NCBI GenBank assembly: GCA_903813345.2
Contig: CAIIXF020000001.1
Location: forward strand, 16,368,001-16,432,000
DNA length: 64,000 nt
Direction: 5' to 3'
Origin: Owenia fusiformis
Taxonomy: Eukaryota
The translations under genes and the position numbers were made by a program. This document shows positions 51,662 to 64,000 of the stretch, piece after piece. How positions within the stretch are numbered: position 1 is the first letter of the stretch; the number at the start of each line of letters is the position of its first letter. The notes beneath the pieces are model-generated. The model was not told the origin of the DNA, did no database searches, and saw only the letters and a list, made by a program, of their open reading frames with translations.

Positions 51662-54600
51662 TATTAAAGTAGATAGGCAATAGTTATTTTGATATGTTCT
51701 GCGTAATAGAAGATACATCTACAGCAAACCTTGATTTGGTAAGTCACAATTCTGGTATGAACTCTAGGTTTGTTTTAGGTCAATAAGAGTCACAATACTT
51801 AAAATACCCACTCCTTACCTTAGCTGGTTAATACGGAGTGGAAATCCATGAAGATGTAACCACGTGACTTCTAGCCATATTATCACAATAAATAGTAAAT
51901 AGCTAGTTCAGCAGTCGCCTTTTCTTTTCTTAAAGACTTTCGGTCCTTTATCCTACCTCTAGATTTGGGTGGCATTATGTCCCACAATCCTTTAAAACGA
52001 ATATTAATTTTTCGATAGTAAAAGGACCATATGCATATTCCATTGGGATCTCCCCATGAGAAAAAATAATTCATCTGATTTTTCAAAATGAGTATTCTGC
52101 TTTAATTATTACATTTATATGCACACTAGTATCTTGTTGACCTATATTCAACACTGTATTGATGTATAGGCCACTTATTATGGTCATAATTCAATCATGA
52201 AGTGTAGAGGCATAGATTCCAAACCAGGAAGTATATTTGTGTCTGTCAAAATCCATTTGTATCCTACGCATCCCTACATTTTATCCAACTATGTTACTAC
52301 ATAATGAAATATAATAGTATATTCTTTGGTTTTACAAAGTTGCATGATTTTTGATAAGTGTTCAAATTGTTTTTGGAGCATTTTTCTAAGGCCATTTTGT
52401 AGGGAAAGAATGATGAAAAATGTACTTTTAATGTACATTTTAATGTTCTTTTAATTTTAAGTATGAGCACTTTAATATTTTCCAAAGAGTTATTTGACAT
52501 TCTATTCTTCATGTTACACCTAACAATTATTCATTTTGATCATAGGGGTATTTGCCAATAAACGCACTTCTTCCTTTTGTTGAAAAGGAATCTCCCGCTT
52601 TTGCTTGACGTCATCAAGGTTTGTGTAGGTAGAACACAGACATAACGTCTGAGATTGTCCATCTTGAAATAGGTTCTACACTAAAATGGTGAATTCTACG
52701 TTGATCTGTCTGGTTAGGGGACAAAGCCTACCCTCATAGAAAGGTAAGACCCATCGACCCTTGTGTTAAAACCCGTCTAACTGCCTCCAAACAAGCATCT
52801 TAAAGTTGCATATCTCGTTATCTATTCTGTGTCAGTCAGTTAAGCTTGAGTTCAACTTCAGTTCCCCTAAGAAAATGAGGATTTCAGCAAGGGTGTATTG
52901 ACCTAAAATGGGCCCGGGGTCCGGGGATATCCACAATTACTTAACACATCTTAATAAGTCTTTCAGTTTAGGAACTTAAAGATATTTTGAAATGGTATCG
53001 GCGCTTTGTATGCCCCAAGATAATCGAGATGCGACTTTATTGTGGAGTTTTATTAGAAACTGTAATTAACTCCATATTGCGTCTTGTTATAAATGACATC
53101 ACGATAATCAAAATGTGGCACAGAGCAGAGGCATTTATGTTATTATATGTCTCTGCACAGAGTAACCATTATTGTCTAGACATTTTACTTTTTATTCAAC
53201 ACATTTTTTCATTGGTCTCATTATTAATGTCACGCAATGAAAGTTCAAGTTAAAACGATTGCCAGACAATTGTTTTCCTAATGACTGATTACGTCATTTG
53301 CTGCGTTTTTGTACAGGATTGTCCCCGTTTATTCCAAACAACCATGCATACGTGCATTAGTCATCGAAATATTCCTTCACCTGGCCCGCCATTACCCCAT
53401 GAGCTTCAAAATGCGGTTTGTTTTTAGGCTTTCCAAAGCCGTTGTCTTCAGCAGCTTGAAGAGCCGTTTTTAAAACAGTGATTATACTTGGGCGAGTACC
53501 TCTGTTATTATAATGTTGGCATAGACACATGGTATTTGTCCTATAAGCAAGTGATCATCAATATTTCATTATAGGTCGTTATTTTTCTTTTCAATATGCA
53601 ATTGCACATACATGAAATGGTATTCAAGGAATTACTTAGGATTGTATGACTTATGTACCAAAAGAACAAAATTATTATAACTTTTTAGAATAAATGGAAA
53701 ACTTAATCCAATCGTAAGTTTACCAGACATATTTTGCAGCTACCCTGAACTCCTAAGTTACCACGACCTATACTTAATTGTGGTTTATTTCATGTATTAG
53801 ATGAAAATATAAATCAAGCCCTTAGGTGTGAATTCCATCAGAGGTGATGTCGAACCCCGCTCTGTAAGTAGCGCCAGTCTTATTATTCTGAGTGCCGGAC
53901 CCCTGCAAACATCATCACCGTAAACATAATCCATTATGAAAACAGCAGCCCCACGGAGTACCAACCCAAACCAAGCCAAATATGTAATTTTATCGAAAAA
54001 TGACAGCCATTTTTAATTGAGTGGCCATTTTGAATAAAGGCTCGATTCATGCTCGAAAATAACAATTTATTTCGAAACATGCAAAAATCAATCATACAGT
54101 ATATTAGTTATATAGCAGAATAGATTGAGGAGATTTTGAAAAAGTTTTGAACAGGGATTGTAGACCTTATTAATGCAATATCACTTTGAATGAAAGCGTG
54201 TAGAGACTTCCAGGAAACAGTCAAACATTAAATTTCTATTTAAAATAGTTTTCATTTTGAATAAGGTTTCATGTCCATATAGCATCAGCTTAAAACTTGA
54301 ACCAATTGCAATAGCTGATATTTGAGTAAAGGAAAATTACATTTTGCTGAAAATATCGGCCATTTTGAATTGAGCCGCGATATTTGAAAAAAGGAACCAG
54401 CCTATAAATTCAACTAGGGGTATTTCCGTTAGCCCGGAAACACACACAGACGCACGGTTTGACGGAATGATCTCTATTCGAACTTTGATTTCTTAGATAA
54501 TCACCATAAAAAATCCAAATAAACTATTTAATATAGCTGGTAGCTAGAGCTTATTAGTTTATAACTTAGTTTAAATATAACACAGAAATATGCTGCTTAA

Positions 54601-55594
54601 ATGTGGACTAAGGATTATGTACTGGGAGGTTTCGGACACTCACAGGATTTATCACGCGGAAAATATGGCGTAAAGTTCTAATATCTCCCGAGGGATCGCA
54701 GGGATATACCTTGTATCTAAAGCGGTGCCGTACATAACGGATGTATTCCATACCTACTGAGGTTCCAGATACATTACCTCATAAAGTTCCAAAATCCAAA
54801 AATGTACTGTACGCATTTTCTTCTTAAAAAGTAGTTTTCAAGTTTGTGAGATTTTCACTCTCATATATTGCTGGAGCAGATCAATGAATTGATATTCAAA
54901 GGAGTGGTATCGATATGGAGAACTTTTTGAACACACGTTTCTCTTAAACCAGTCATAAAAAATCTAAAAATTTAACACATCGTCGATATAATGGTCATCT
55001 TTTGAATGGTAACAATATGATTTGAAAAATATATAATATACTTTCATCTATATTGTTTTAGAAAACACATCAAACACTTGTCTTGTTCTTGGTATCATGT
55101 TTCCAGAGTGAAATGAAACATCTTTCCGAACCTCATTGGAACAAAACGACATAAACACAACATGTTTAGGTCTCTCAATATTGTAATTGTACAAAGGAAA
55201 TTTTGGTTGATTTTAAAAAAGTATCTTGTTAATGAAATAAAAGGTTTATGTTGATTTTTATCTATTTTGGGGGGATTTTGTTTTAATTTTTTGACTACTT
55301 TTTTAAAATCAACCAAAAATTCCTTTGTATAGCTATAATATTGAGAGGTCTAAAAACAAGGTTCAGAAAGACATTTTATTTCATTCTCAAGAATTGGTAG
55401 AAAGGAGCAAAAACAATCACACTAAAAAAACAAAAAATGTAAACGTTGTTGAATTCAGTTCTCCATATCGATACCAAACCTTTAAAATATACAGCATAAA
55501 TACGTTTAAGTTTGCTATTCAGAAACGGAACGGGATGGATACAGAGTTTATCCATCCCGGTCCCGGGCTTTGGCGATAGCTGCCTAGATACACT

Positions 55595-56504
55595 GACGTG
55601 TCGCAAAAAGGTGGCGCATTTGTTTTTTAGGGGTATCGCGTGAATGTAACTTTGATTCCCCGGATTCTAAAATAATATTCTAATTAAAGTTGTATATCAT
55701 TTTAAAGCTGTTTCGATGGAGTTTTTAGATCAACTACACTCCGTTCACAATTCTTGCGCGTTCTTTTTTAAAAAAGAGTTTTTTACCAAAACATCTGGCA
55801 AATATCCCCTGTTGACACGTTACATTTTGAATTATTTTTCGTCTTTAAACTCTCATTACTTAAACAATATATGACTATTATACTTATTTTTCGTCTTGAT
55901 AAATGTAGATAGAAGTTTTATTTCAAAGGATGAATTTTAGTAAGCGTCCCATATTGTGACGTCATAGAGTTTGAAAAATAGAATCTGTTGACAGCGACCT
56001 TTTTTGCTCATTTTTTTGTTCCTTCAACTTTTCAGGTGTACATTAAACAAAAAATACGAGATCAATTTTTAATAAATCATACATGATTATTTTGCTCCTA
56101 AACTCTAGTTTATTAATAAATAGTTGATTTTGTTTGCAAAAGTATGTGTTTTCTGTTGTATGTGGAAAAGTGGAGGACGAAAGGTTTTCAAAATTCATCA
56201 AAATAGGGCTAATTTACGCCATTCGCCTATTTTCAAGCACAGCAACACGTATATTTATTTCACCTAAAATATCAATTGATTCGTGTTTTATCATGCTCCT
56301 ACCCCATTAACAATATATATATGATATCAGAGTTATTCGTCTAAAATGTTTTGAGATAGAGAGGTAAATGTGGAGGACGAAAGGATTTTCATGTGTGTAC
56401 ATTTTCCTCAAAAACGTCACATTCTACCATGTTAAAAGCGAGGATCCTCTGGATTACGCCAAAAAATGTGTAACAATGCGTGCGCGACCTTTTTGCGATA
56501 CATC
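55595..56504 (+). mobile_element. Family A element, complete copy
   Basis: act|gacgtgtcgcaaaaag ... ctttttgcgatacatc|act; 3-bp TSD. Confidence 0.92.
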
Positions 56505-57751
56505 ACTATATTCCCGCTCGTTATGTACCTATTTCCGCTCGTTGTGTACCTAAAGTACCTAGAATCTCACACTAAAATACATTGATTGATGTAATGAGGC
56601 ATACAATTAACTGATCGGGGGCTACTGCAACATGCTACAACAATTTGATATTAACCTGTTTTACATAGGTACGACGCTTTAGAGTGGAAACCTGAGATGT
56701 AAAGATTGATCAATCTAGCATTCATGTCGCACGATCCACTTCAAGTCAAACACTAGTGTGTAGAATTGAATCTCATTTGGTTGCCATAAAATATTGAGCA
56801 ATTTGTTCAAATCCGAGAGAAAATTCTCATTGGTTGATGACACGCTGCAAAAACATAAAATTGAAGCATAAGCGATTTGATATTCATTTCTTTGGCGATT
56901 GTTAATAAGGACTGGATGCGTCGAATAAATCTCCCACGGCTATCGCACTGTACTTGAGGAGAGTTGAATACTCATTCTAAAACGTTACCAAGGCATTACC
57001 AGACCACTTATAAAAGAAGTAGAAGAAAAGGCTGACCCCGGAGAATATCGACTCTGTTTACATTGCAATGATAAGCATTGTGTGCATTCTATAATCTGGG
57101 TAAGTTTGTATTTTACAAATAGTTCATCCCTCGTTGTTGCATTTTTTGAGAAACTAGATCAGATGTTTTAATTGTTGAAATTAGATGGCTTACGGATAAT
57201 GGCTAACAAATTTTTGATAAAAAAATGTTTAGTTTAGTAGATAGTTACTGACTTATTTTTTCTGTCGCAGTTACAAAATAATAAAAGAAGACTGTGCCCA
57301 TGGCTTAATGGTCTGATAAATGCTTAATGATCTGATAAATGAAATTTTGCTTTGGTTACATGCACGATAATTGGGATGTGATAAAAATTCCAAATGAGAA
57401 CAAATGTACAGCTTCTTTGTTTTAATATCTAGATATTATCATGCATTGTTAAGTATCATGTTATCTGGGTTGTTAGTGGAAATTATCCGGTAGTAATCTA
57501 CTAGACTCCAGAGATAGCTCGGTGTGTAGAACTTTGAATTGGTAGCTTCCCCGGCCACTTTACCAAGGAATATTCACAATGAAATGCACTAGTTGTCGAG
57601 TTAAGGTTGGAACCATCAACACAATATATGTGAAATGGTAAAATAATACTTACTGTATTTACCTTTGTATGACATAAAAATATGTGGCGAGACCTCAAGA
57701 TTGTGTAATTTCATAATAAAAGTTTCCATTTGGCCTATGGAGGCGAACCCC

Positions 57752-57922
57752 GCATATGACCTCTGGGGTATAACAAATTCCAGCATATGCCCTCTGGGTA
57801 TAACAAATTCCAGCATATGCCCTCTGGGTATAACAAATTCCAGCATATGCCCTCTGGGTATAACAAATTCCAGCATATGCCCTCTGGGTATAACAAATTC
57901 AACCATATGACCTCCCCTCTGG
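57752..57922. repeat. 30-bp minisatellite, ~5.5 units
   Basis: gcatatgccctctgggtataacaaattcca repeated almost perfectly. Confidence 0.95.
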
Positions 57923-58632
57923 GCATTCTAGCGGATCGTATTTAATATTACATTGTGGCAGGATTGTAAAATACAATTAAATAAATCTTCTCTATTTTGT
58001 TCACGGGACACCCATAAACATTTATCAATATGAGTGGTTTCATTAATTTAATTCCAGTAATCACCTCTTGCAAAAACATGAAATTGAATGGGAAATTGAA
58101 AATCAACCGTATCAACAGCATTTGATATATAACATATAAAGTGAACCCAGAATAGTTTGGTCAAGTCAGATTACTCATGCAACAGTCGGAATACTTTGAA
58201 AGTTCAGAATACTTGGAATTCCACAGATGTATGTTATCAATGACCAAGAATACTAGAAAACGAAATGAAGCAGCAATATTTGTACTACCTGTTTGTTATC
58301 TATTCCACCGGAACTTTGTTCATTATGCGGACCATTTTTCAATTACTTCAAAAGTAATTTTTGTACCTTCTTTTGGGTCGGTGTTTTTGAGAAAGAGTAG
58401 GACGTTTCCCTGTAGATGCATTGGAAGCACTTTATGTAAGATTAGATGTATCAACCGATACATACAGTGGAACAATGTTCACCAAATTAGAACCTCTAAG
58501 TGCTCTCCTTAGTGATTTTTAAAGTACCTCTTCTGCACTAAGGTTCCGATACACCGTTGGAAAGTTGAGAGTGTCAGATTTAAAAATGTAGCCTCCATTT
58601 GAATTTTCACTGAATGCAAAATTAGATATTAA

Positions 58633-59708
58633 CCCTTTCATCACCAATGGGTAAAATTAAGAAATCAATCATGCTTTTTCAATCAAAATATATTTTGACA
58701 ATCGCTTTCTATTTTCAATCTAAATGTCTATAACAACAAATTTGGTGTTCTAGACAACACAACAGTATATAATTATGAAGTTTACATTTTGTGGCTAGGA
58801 TTTCATTTTCACTTTAACATTGCCACCCAAATATCGATGAAAACGATGCGAAGTTTCTTTTTAACATCTGGACTTTTCATTGATTTTTCATATAGAACAG
58901 AAGAAAGTACTTTAATTGCATAAAGTATATATTTGTGTCACTCTCCATAATCAGTTGTGTGACTTTGCTTCTCTCCTTAGTTATACTTGCATGAAGGCGG
59001 GAGGGTGGTTGTATGTGAAAATATATGGTTTCAGAATGCCTAGATATATATGGACGGTTATGTCTAAGAAACTATTCATTGGAATCACTCCATATTAGAT
59101 ATTATGAATGCTTGAGATGGAATTCTACATTGGAGTGAAACAAAAAGATGCTGTATGAGCAAATAGGTGTGACAATTGAGGTTTAAGGTTAAATATTTGG
59201 GCTTGATGGATTCCACTTACCCTTGATATATAGTGCATCACCCATACCACTTGTTTAGATTGCGGGTAGTGCTCCTTTGGAATTAATTATATCATTGATA
59301 AGTTAGCTTATAAGGTTAAGTCGAAAAATATAATATTTAGGTCAATGGGATATGATGATACCCAATGTTAAGTCGTGTGAAGTCAATTTACTTTTGCTGC
59401 AATCTTAATATTCTCAGAAAATATAAATAATTTGTATTCCTAAATAACCAAATCACACATTAAAGTACATATTATTTTCAATTATCAAATCCCATTTATA
59501 TTTAAAACCAAAATAATGACGCATTTTGTAGCATTATGGGGTCACTGCACTTAATGACCCCTTAGATAATCTCAGTTTAAGTATAATTTGACCTTGAATT
59601 AGTTGTTGTAAACCTAAAAATAATCCATTCTGGCCATAGACTGAGGAACTTGTCATTATGAAATTGACTTCCATAAAATTAATAAATGACCCATTGGGGA
59701 TGAAAGGG
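58633..59708. mobile_element. piggyBac-like non-autonomous element
   Basis: TTAA|ccctttcatcaccaatggg ... cccattggggatgaaaggg|TTAA. Confidence 0.8.
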
Positions 59709-60380
59709 TTAATATCTGTATTTTGCATTCACTCAAAATTCAAATGGGGATCAGATTCTTGAGCTGACCCTTTCAGCTTTCTAATGGTGTATTGGAACTA
59801 CACACTATTTTCAAACATCAAATCTCATTTCGACCGAAAACAAAAATTCTGAAGCAGTTTGTAGTGGGGCCACTGTACTTAATGACCCCTATCTATATCA
59901 CCCTGGTTTGCTCTACTAAAGTGCCCATTGCATTGTTGAGTTGATTAATATACACGGCCACACAAATATATGAGTAAGTGTCAATTTAGTTTGGGAGGTC
60001 AGACCATTATTTATACACCCCAGATTCTTCAAATTGTCTGAACAAACCATACGTTATAAAATGCATTAACTGACACTTGGATTTTCAGTTCAGAGCAGAA
60101 AATATTGAAAACCCGGCATAGTTTTCCAGTTAGAAACGATTCTCTAGAACAATAAAATCATGTAATAATTTCAGTTTTGTAATTCATCTGTGAATCCCAA
60201 CGCGAACATCTGACTTCGCTGAATGAATGATACATGAGTTGAATGCAGTGGACTTTTAAAATGTCTTGATTAATTATCTCGAGCCAGATTGTAATGACGA
60301 TGTAATGAATCAACTTAGACAATATCTGGAACATATTGATGCAATATTAACAATTTAATGTTAATTTGATGGCTGGCGTG

Positions 60381-60441
60381 AAAAAGTCACTGCGCCTTAG
60401 GGGGAATCGAACCCGCAACCTCCGATTATATCGAGTGCTCT
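60381..60441 (-). other. tRNA-derived fragment (SINE head or tRNA pseudogene)
   Basis: Minus strand agagcactcgatataatcggaggttgcgggttcgattccccctaaggcgcagtgacttttt has a B-box GGTTCGATTCC; no 5' acceptor arm is visible. Confidence 0.55.
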
Positions 60442-60781
60442 GAATAATATAGATTTTACCAAAAGGCTATAGTGGGGTGATATTAACAATTTAAAGATTT
60501 TCAGAGAAGTAAAAGTGGCAAAACATCTCAATATATTCAATTTATACTGACTTACTGATTTCCAAATCAAACCCAATGCTGTGCAACAATTTATTTGTAC
60601 ATGTCAATAAGCAAATTCCCAAGTGTCCCAAATATATTGTACATGTAAATCAACAACAAAATGGAGTCTCAGTAATTTTGCACTTGCAAACTATTAGTAT
60701 TAAAAGTTTATCGTAATCAAAATATAACTGGGAACTTCGCCTGTGTTGTTAAAGGCCCCTTATAAAACTACTTTGGCTTAA

Positions 60782-62517
60782 AGTCCCCGTCTAAAGTTTA
60801 AAAATATTTTTTTATCATTCATTTACTATTTGTCATGACTTAAAAAGTTATTTTGGAGATTTTTAGAAAAAAAATTCAAAAAAGTTGTGAGCATTTCATT
60901 TCTCAAATATTCAAATTTCCCGCCATTTTTCAAAAAAGCTGATATTTTTTAATCATCAAATATTTCTTAATGCATTTCAAAAATGATTATCTTTTTAATG
61001 CAAATGCAAAGATTGAACAAAGGACACACTATTTCAATAATAAAATGCCATATTTAATGGGCCACTTCAATGTTTTAGCATATCAAAAGTATTTTGCAAC
61101 ATTAGTGATGTCACTAAGTTAGCAAAAACTTTTTGAAAAAAATTGAATTTTTTTTTCGATGTCAATCTTTTCTAAATACGCTAGACTTCAATAATAAACT
61201 AATATTAATTGTCTAACCAGGTTAAAAGGAAGAATATATTATGTTTTAGATATCATTGTACCATTGGTTTCTATGAGAACTAAAATTTTGAAATGCATTT
61301 TTCTCGGAACCATTTTCATGCACTGGTGAGTTCATTTCTCCCTTATTTATGAACCGATTTTCTTATTTTTTCGTTGAAAAAACATGGGAGGATGAATGCT
61401 ATGACGTGTCGCAAAAAGGTGGCGCATTTGTTTTTTAAGGGTATCGCGTGAATGTAACTTTGATTCCCCGGATTATAAGATAATATTCTAATTAAAGTTA
61501 TATATCATTTTAAAGGTGTTTCGATGAAGATTTTAGATCAACTACACTCCGTTCACATTTTTTGCGCGTTCGTTTTTAAAAAATAGTTTTTTACCAAAAC
61601 ATCTGGCAAATATCCCATGTTGACACGTTACATTTTGAATTATTTTTCGTCTTTAAACGCTCATAACTCAAACAATATATGACTATTATACTTATTTTTC
61701 GTCTTGATAAAGGAAAATGGAAGTTTTATTTCAAAGGATGAATTTTAGTAAGCGTCCCATATTGTGACGTCATAGAGTCTGAAAAATAGAATCTGTTGAC
61801 AGCGACCTTTTTTGCTCATTTTTTGGTACCTTCAACTTTCCAGGTGTACATTAAACAAAAAATACGAGATCAATTTTTAATAAATCATACATGATTATTT
61901 TGCTCCTAAACTCTAGTTTATTAATAAATAGTTGATTTTGTTCACAAAAGTATGTGTTTTCTGTTGTATGTGGAAAAGTGGAGGACGAAAGGTTTTCAAA
62001 ATTCATTAAAATAGGGCTAATTTACGCCATTCGCCTATTTTCAAGCACAGCAACACGTATATTTATTTCACCTAAAATATCAATTGATTCGTGTTTTATG
62101 ATGCTCCTAGCCCATTAACAATATATATATGATATCAGAGTTATTCGTCTAAAATGTTTTGAGATATAGAGGTAAATGTGGAGGACGAAAGGATTTTCAT
62201 GTGTGTACATTTTTCTCAAAAACGTCACATTCTATCATGTTAAAAGCGAGGATCCTCTGGATTACGCCACAAAATGTGTAACAATGCGTGCGCGAGCTTT
62301 TTGCGACACGTCTATGCATTGGTATAAATTGTGGCTAATTAAAATATATATGTGACCTCAAAAAGTTAGTTTTAATTAAATTCCCAAATTTTGGAACGAA
62401 AAGTCTATCAAAAACCACTTTTTGGAATTCAAAAAAAAAGTTTCACATATCACACTTTGATAACATTGGGTAAGACTACAATATAAGCCAAAGTGGTTTA
62501 AACTTTAGATGGGGACT
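60782..62517 (+). mobile_element. Kolobok-like MITE (family C), copy interrupted by family A
   Basis: TTAA flanks; colinear with 47454-48287 once 61403-62315 is removed. Confidence 0.9.
61403..62312 (+). mobile_element. Family A element, complete copy
   Basis: Perfect 16-bp TIR gacgtgtcgcaaaaag; TSD tat; empty site gaatgctatgcattgg at ~48077. Confidence 0.95.
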
Positions 62518-64000
62518 TTAAATATGAATTGATATTCGATTGATTATTTTTTAGTCACGTGTAGGACATGGACCAATCAGAGAGTGGGGAATATGACAGC
62601 ATAATAATAATGATATTTAACTGACTAACTTATGAAGCAGTGGCACATGCTATCTGAATAGATTTTAACTATTCCATCGGGATAATGGTTTGTGTCTGCA
62701 AATGAAGCTGTATCGTAAATCAGAAGCTAATTGCGAATCCAGTGCGTGAGTATGAATTTGGAAAAGGATACGGATACAGATTAAGTCGACCCCGTATACG
62801 TAAGAGTCCACCACATAAAAAGTAGAAAACTAACGGCGCTAGCCACACACATATGTCTTACCTCAGTGGGGGTGCGAGGGGTGCCCCCCCCCTTATAACC
62901 AATGAAAATACAACCATTAGATAGAAGACGCTTTAAAATGCTTCTTATTTGAAGCTTCTAGCACAATTTTGAAGGAAGTTGCATCATTTTTTGTAAAATT
63001 CAAAACAAATCTTTTTGGCTCGCTTATGCCACGATCGCAACCCCCCCCCCCTCCTCTAACTGAAGACCAAACCTTTTTTGGCGATCACATACTGAAATCA
63101 TGCTACGCCCCTGCCCGCCTCAACGTTTTTGTCAAAGCCAAAAAGAAGCGGCTGTCTCAAATTGTAGAGATATACACTTCAATCTATAAATTGGCCAGTA
63201 TTTCTAAATGGCCACCATCACTTTCATTTTCGATTGCATTACTATCATTACCAAAATGAGAACAATTATATGATAAAAAAACGATGTTATTAAAATAATA
63301 TAAATGTAATAAAATATAAAAATTAATGTTGTGAAATGTTATAATCAACCATGGACTTTCAAGAGAACGCCCATGAATCAACAGATAAGATAATAAACGT
63401 TGTTTTTAGTTTTTTCTATGATCTCGATGGTTATAATCATCACATTTTTTATTTCATCTATGACCTTTTTACTGGTTATCATATTATTTTTGGTGGTGAA
63501 AATCAAAAAAAGTTGTTATCTAGAAGATAGTAAAATGTTATCTGAGTATTGGTTATAATTGTTTTATCCTGGATAGAGAGAAAGTGTTCTAAAACATCAT
63601 TAGAAGAAAAATACGTACGTTACGAAATATGAAATAAAAATAGACCATTGCTTACACCCTCAATAACTTTCATATACTCAGATCGATTAGCCTGATTACA
63701 GCCAAGATAAAATCAATAAATGACCATTTTATGTTTTCCTAGGTAAAGTGTGTAGCTACCTAATAAAGAGTATCTTCGTGGATTTATATTTTTTGTTAGG
63801 AGTTTTGCTAATAAAAGAAACCCTGTTTAACTCCGCTAAAACTTAAAATTGAAAGGGATTTTGCTTAATTTGTAAACATAAACAAAGGACTGTATATTAC
63901 TGTCTCGAAGTATCTTTAAGAAATAATAATCACCGATTTTGTATTATTTGTATTACCATCGGGCTCTAAATCCATTCCCCTTAGCTTTACTAGATGTAAA

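Noticed and set aside
44600-55500. Short ORFs and weak TIR candidates (e.g. ~49212-50266, ~53800-54480)
   Set aside because: No protein motifs; apart from the two MITEs listed as features, boundaries and TSDs could not be established by eye.
56910-57106. Exon-like Cys/His segment ending in a gtaagt donor
   Set aside because: In-frame stops upstream, no partner exons and no recognisable domain.
57616-57926. Repeat-peptide ORFs and a CRISPR-like look
   Set aside because: Head-to-tail 30-bp minisatellite with no unique spacers and no cas genes.

Overview
AT-rich eukaryotic (animal, probably marine invertebrate) genomic DNA made up mostly of nested transposable elements. I see no prokaryotic operon, CRISPR array or rRNA. 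Main contents: (1) an intact full-length L1/Tx1-type LINE (23133-28567, minus; ORF1+ORF2, poly-A, 13-bp TSD) inserted in the ~184-bp internal array of a 10.4-kb foldback element (21234-31681); (2) a TSD-bounded but frameshifted CR1-group LINE (40106-44541) whose ORF begins with a hydrophobic leader and a 2A-like DVESNPGP motif before the endonuclease; (3) two multi-level insertion stacks (1482-15030 and 32281-37356) that can be reassembled from TSDs and restored reading frames; (4) many non-autonomous TIR elements and a Helentron-like element; (5) one recognisable host gene, a short-chain collagen C4-like gene (15703-16607) that appears frameshifted at its last splice junction. Superfamily labels come from termini, TSDs and motifs read by eye, not from database searches.
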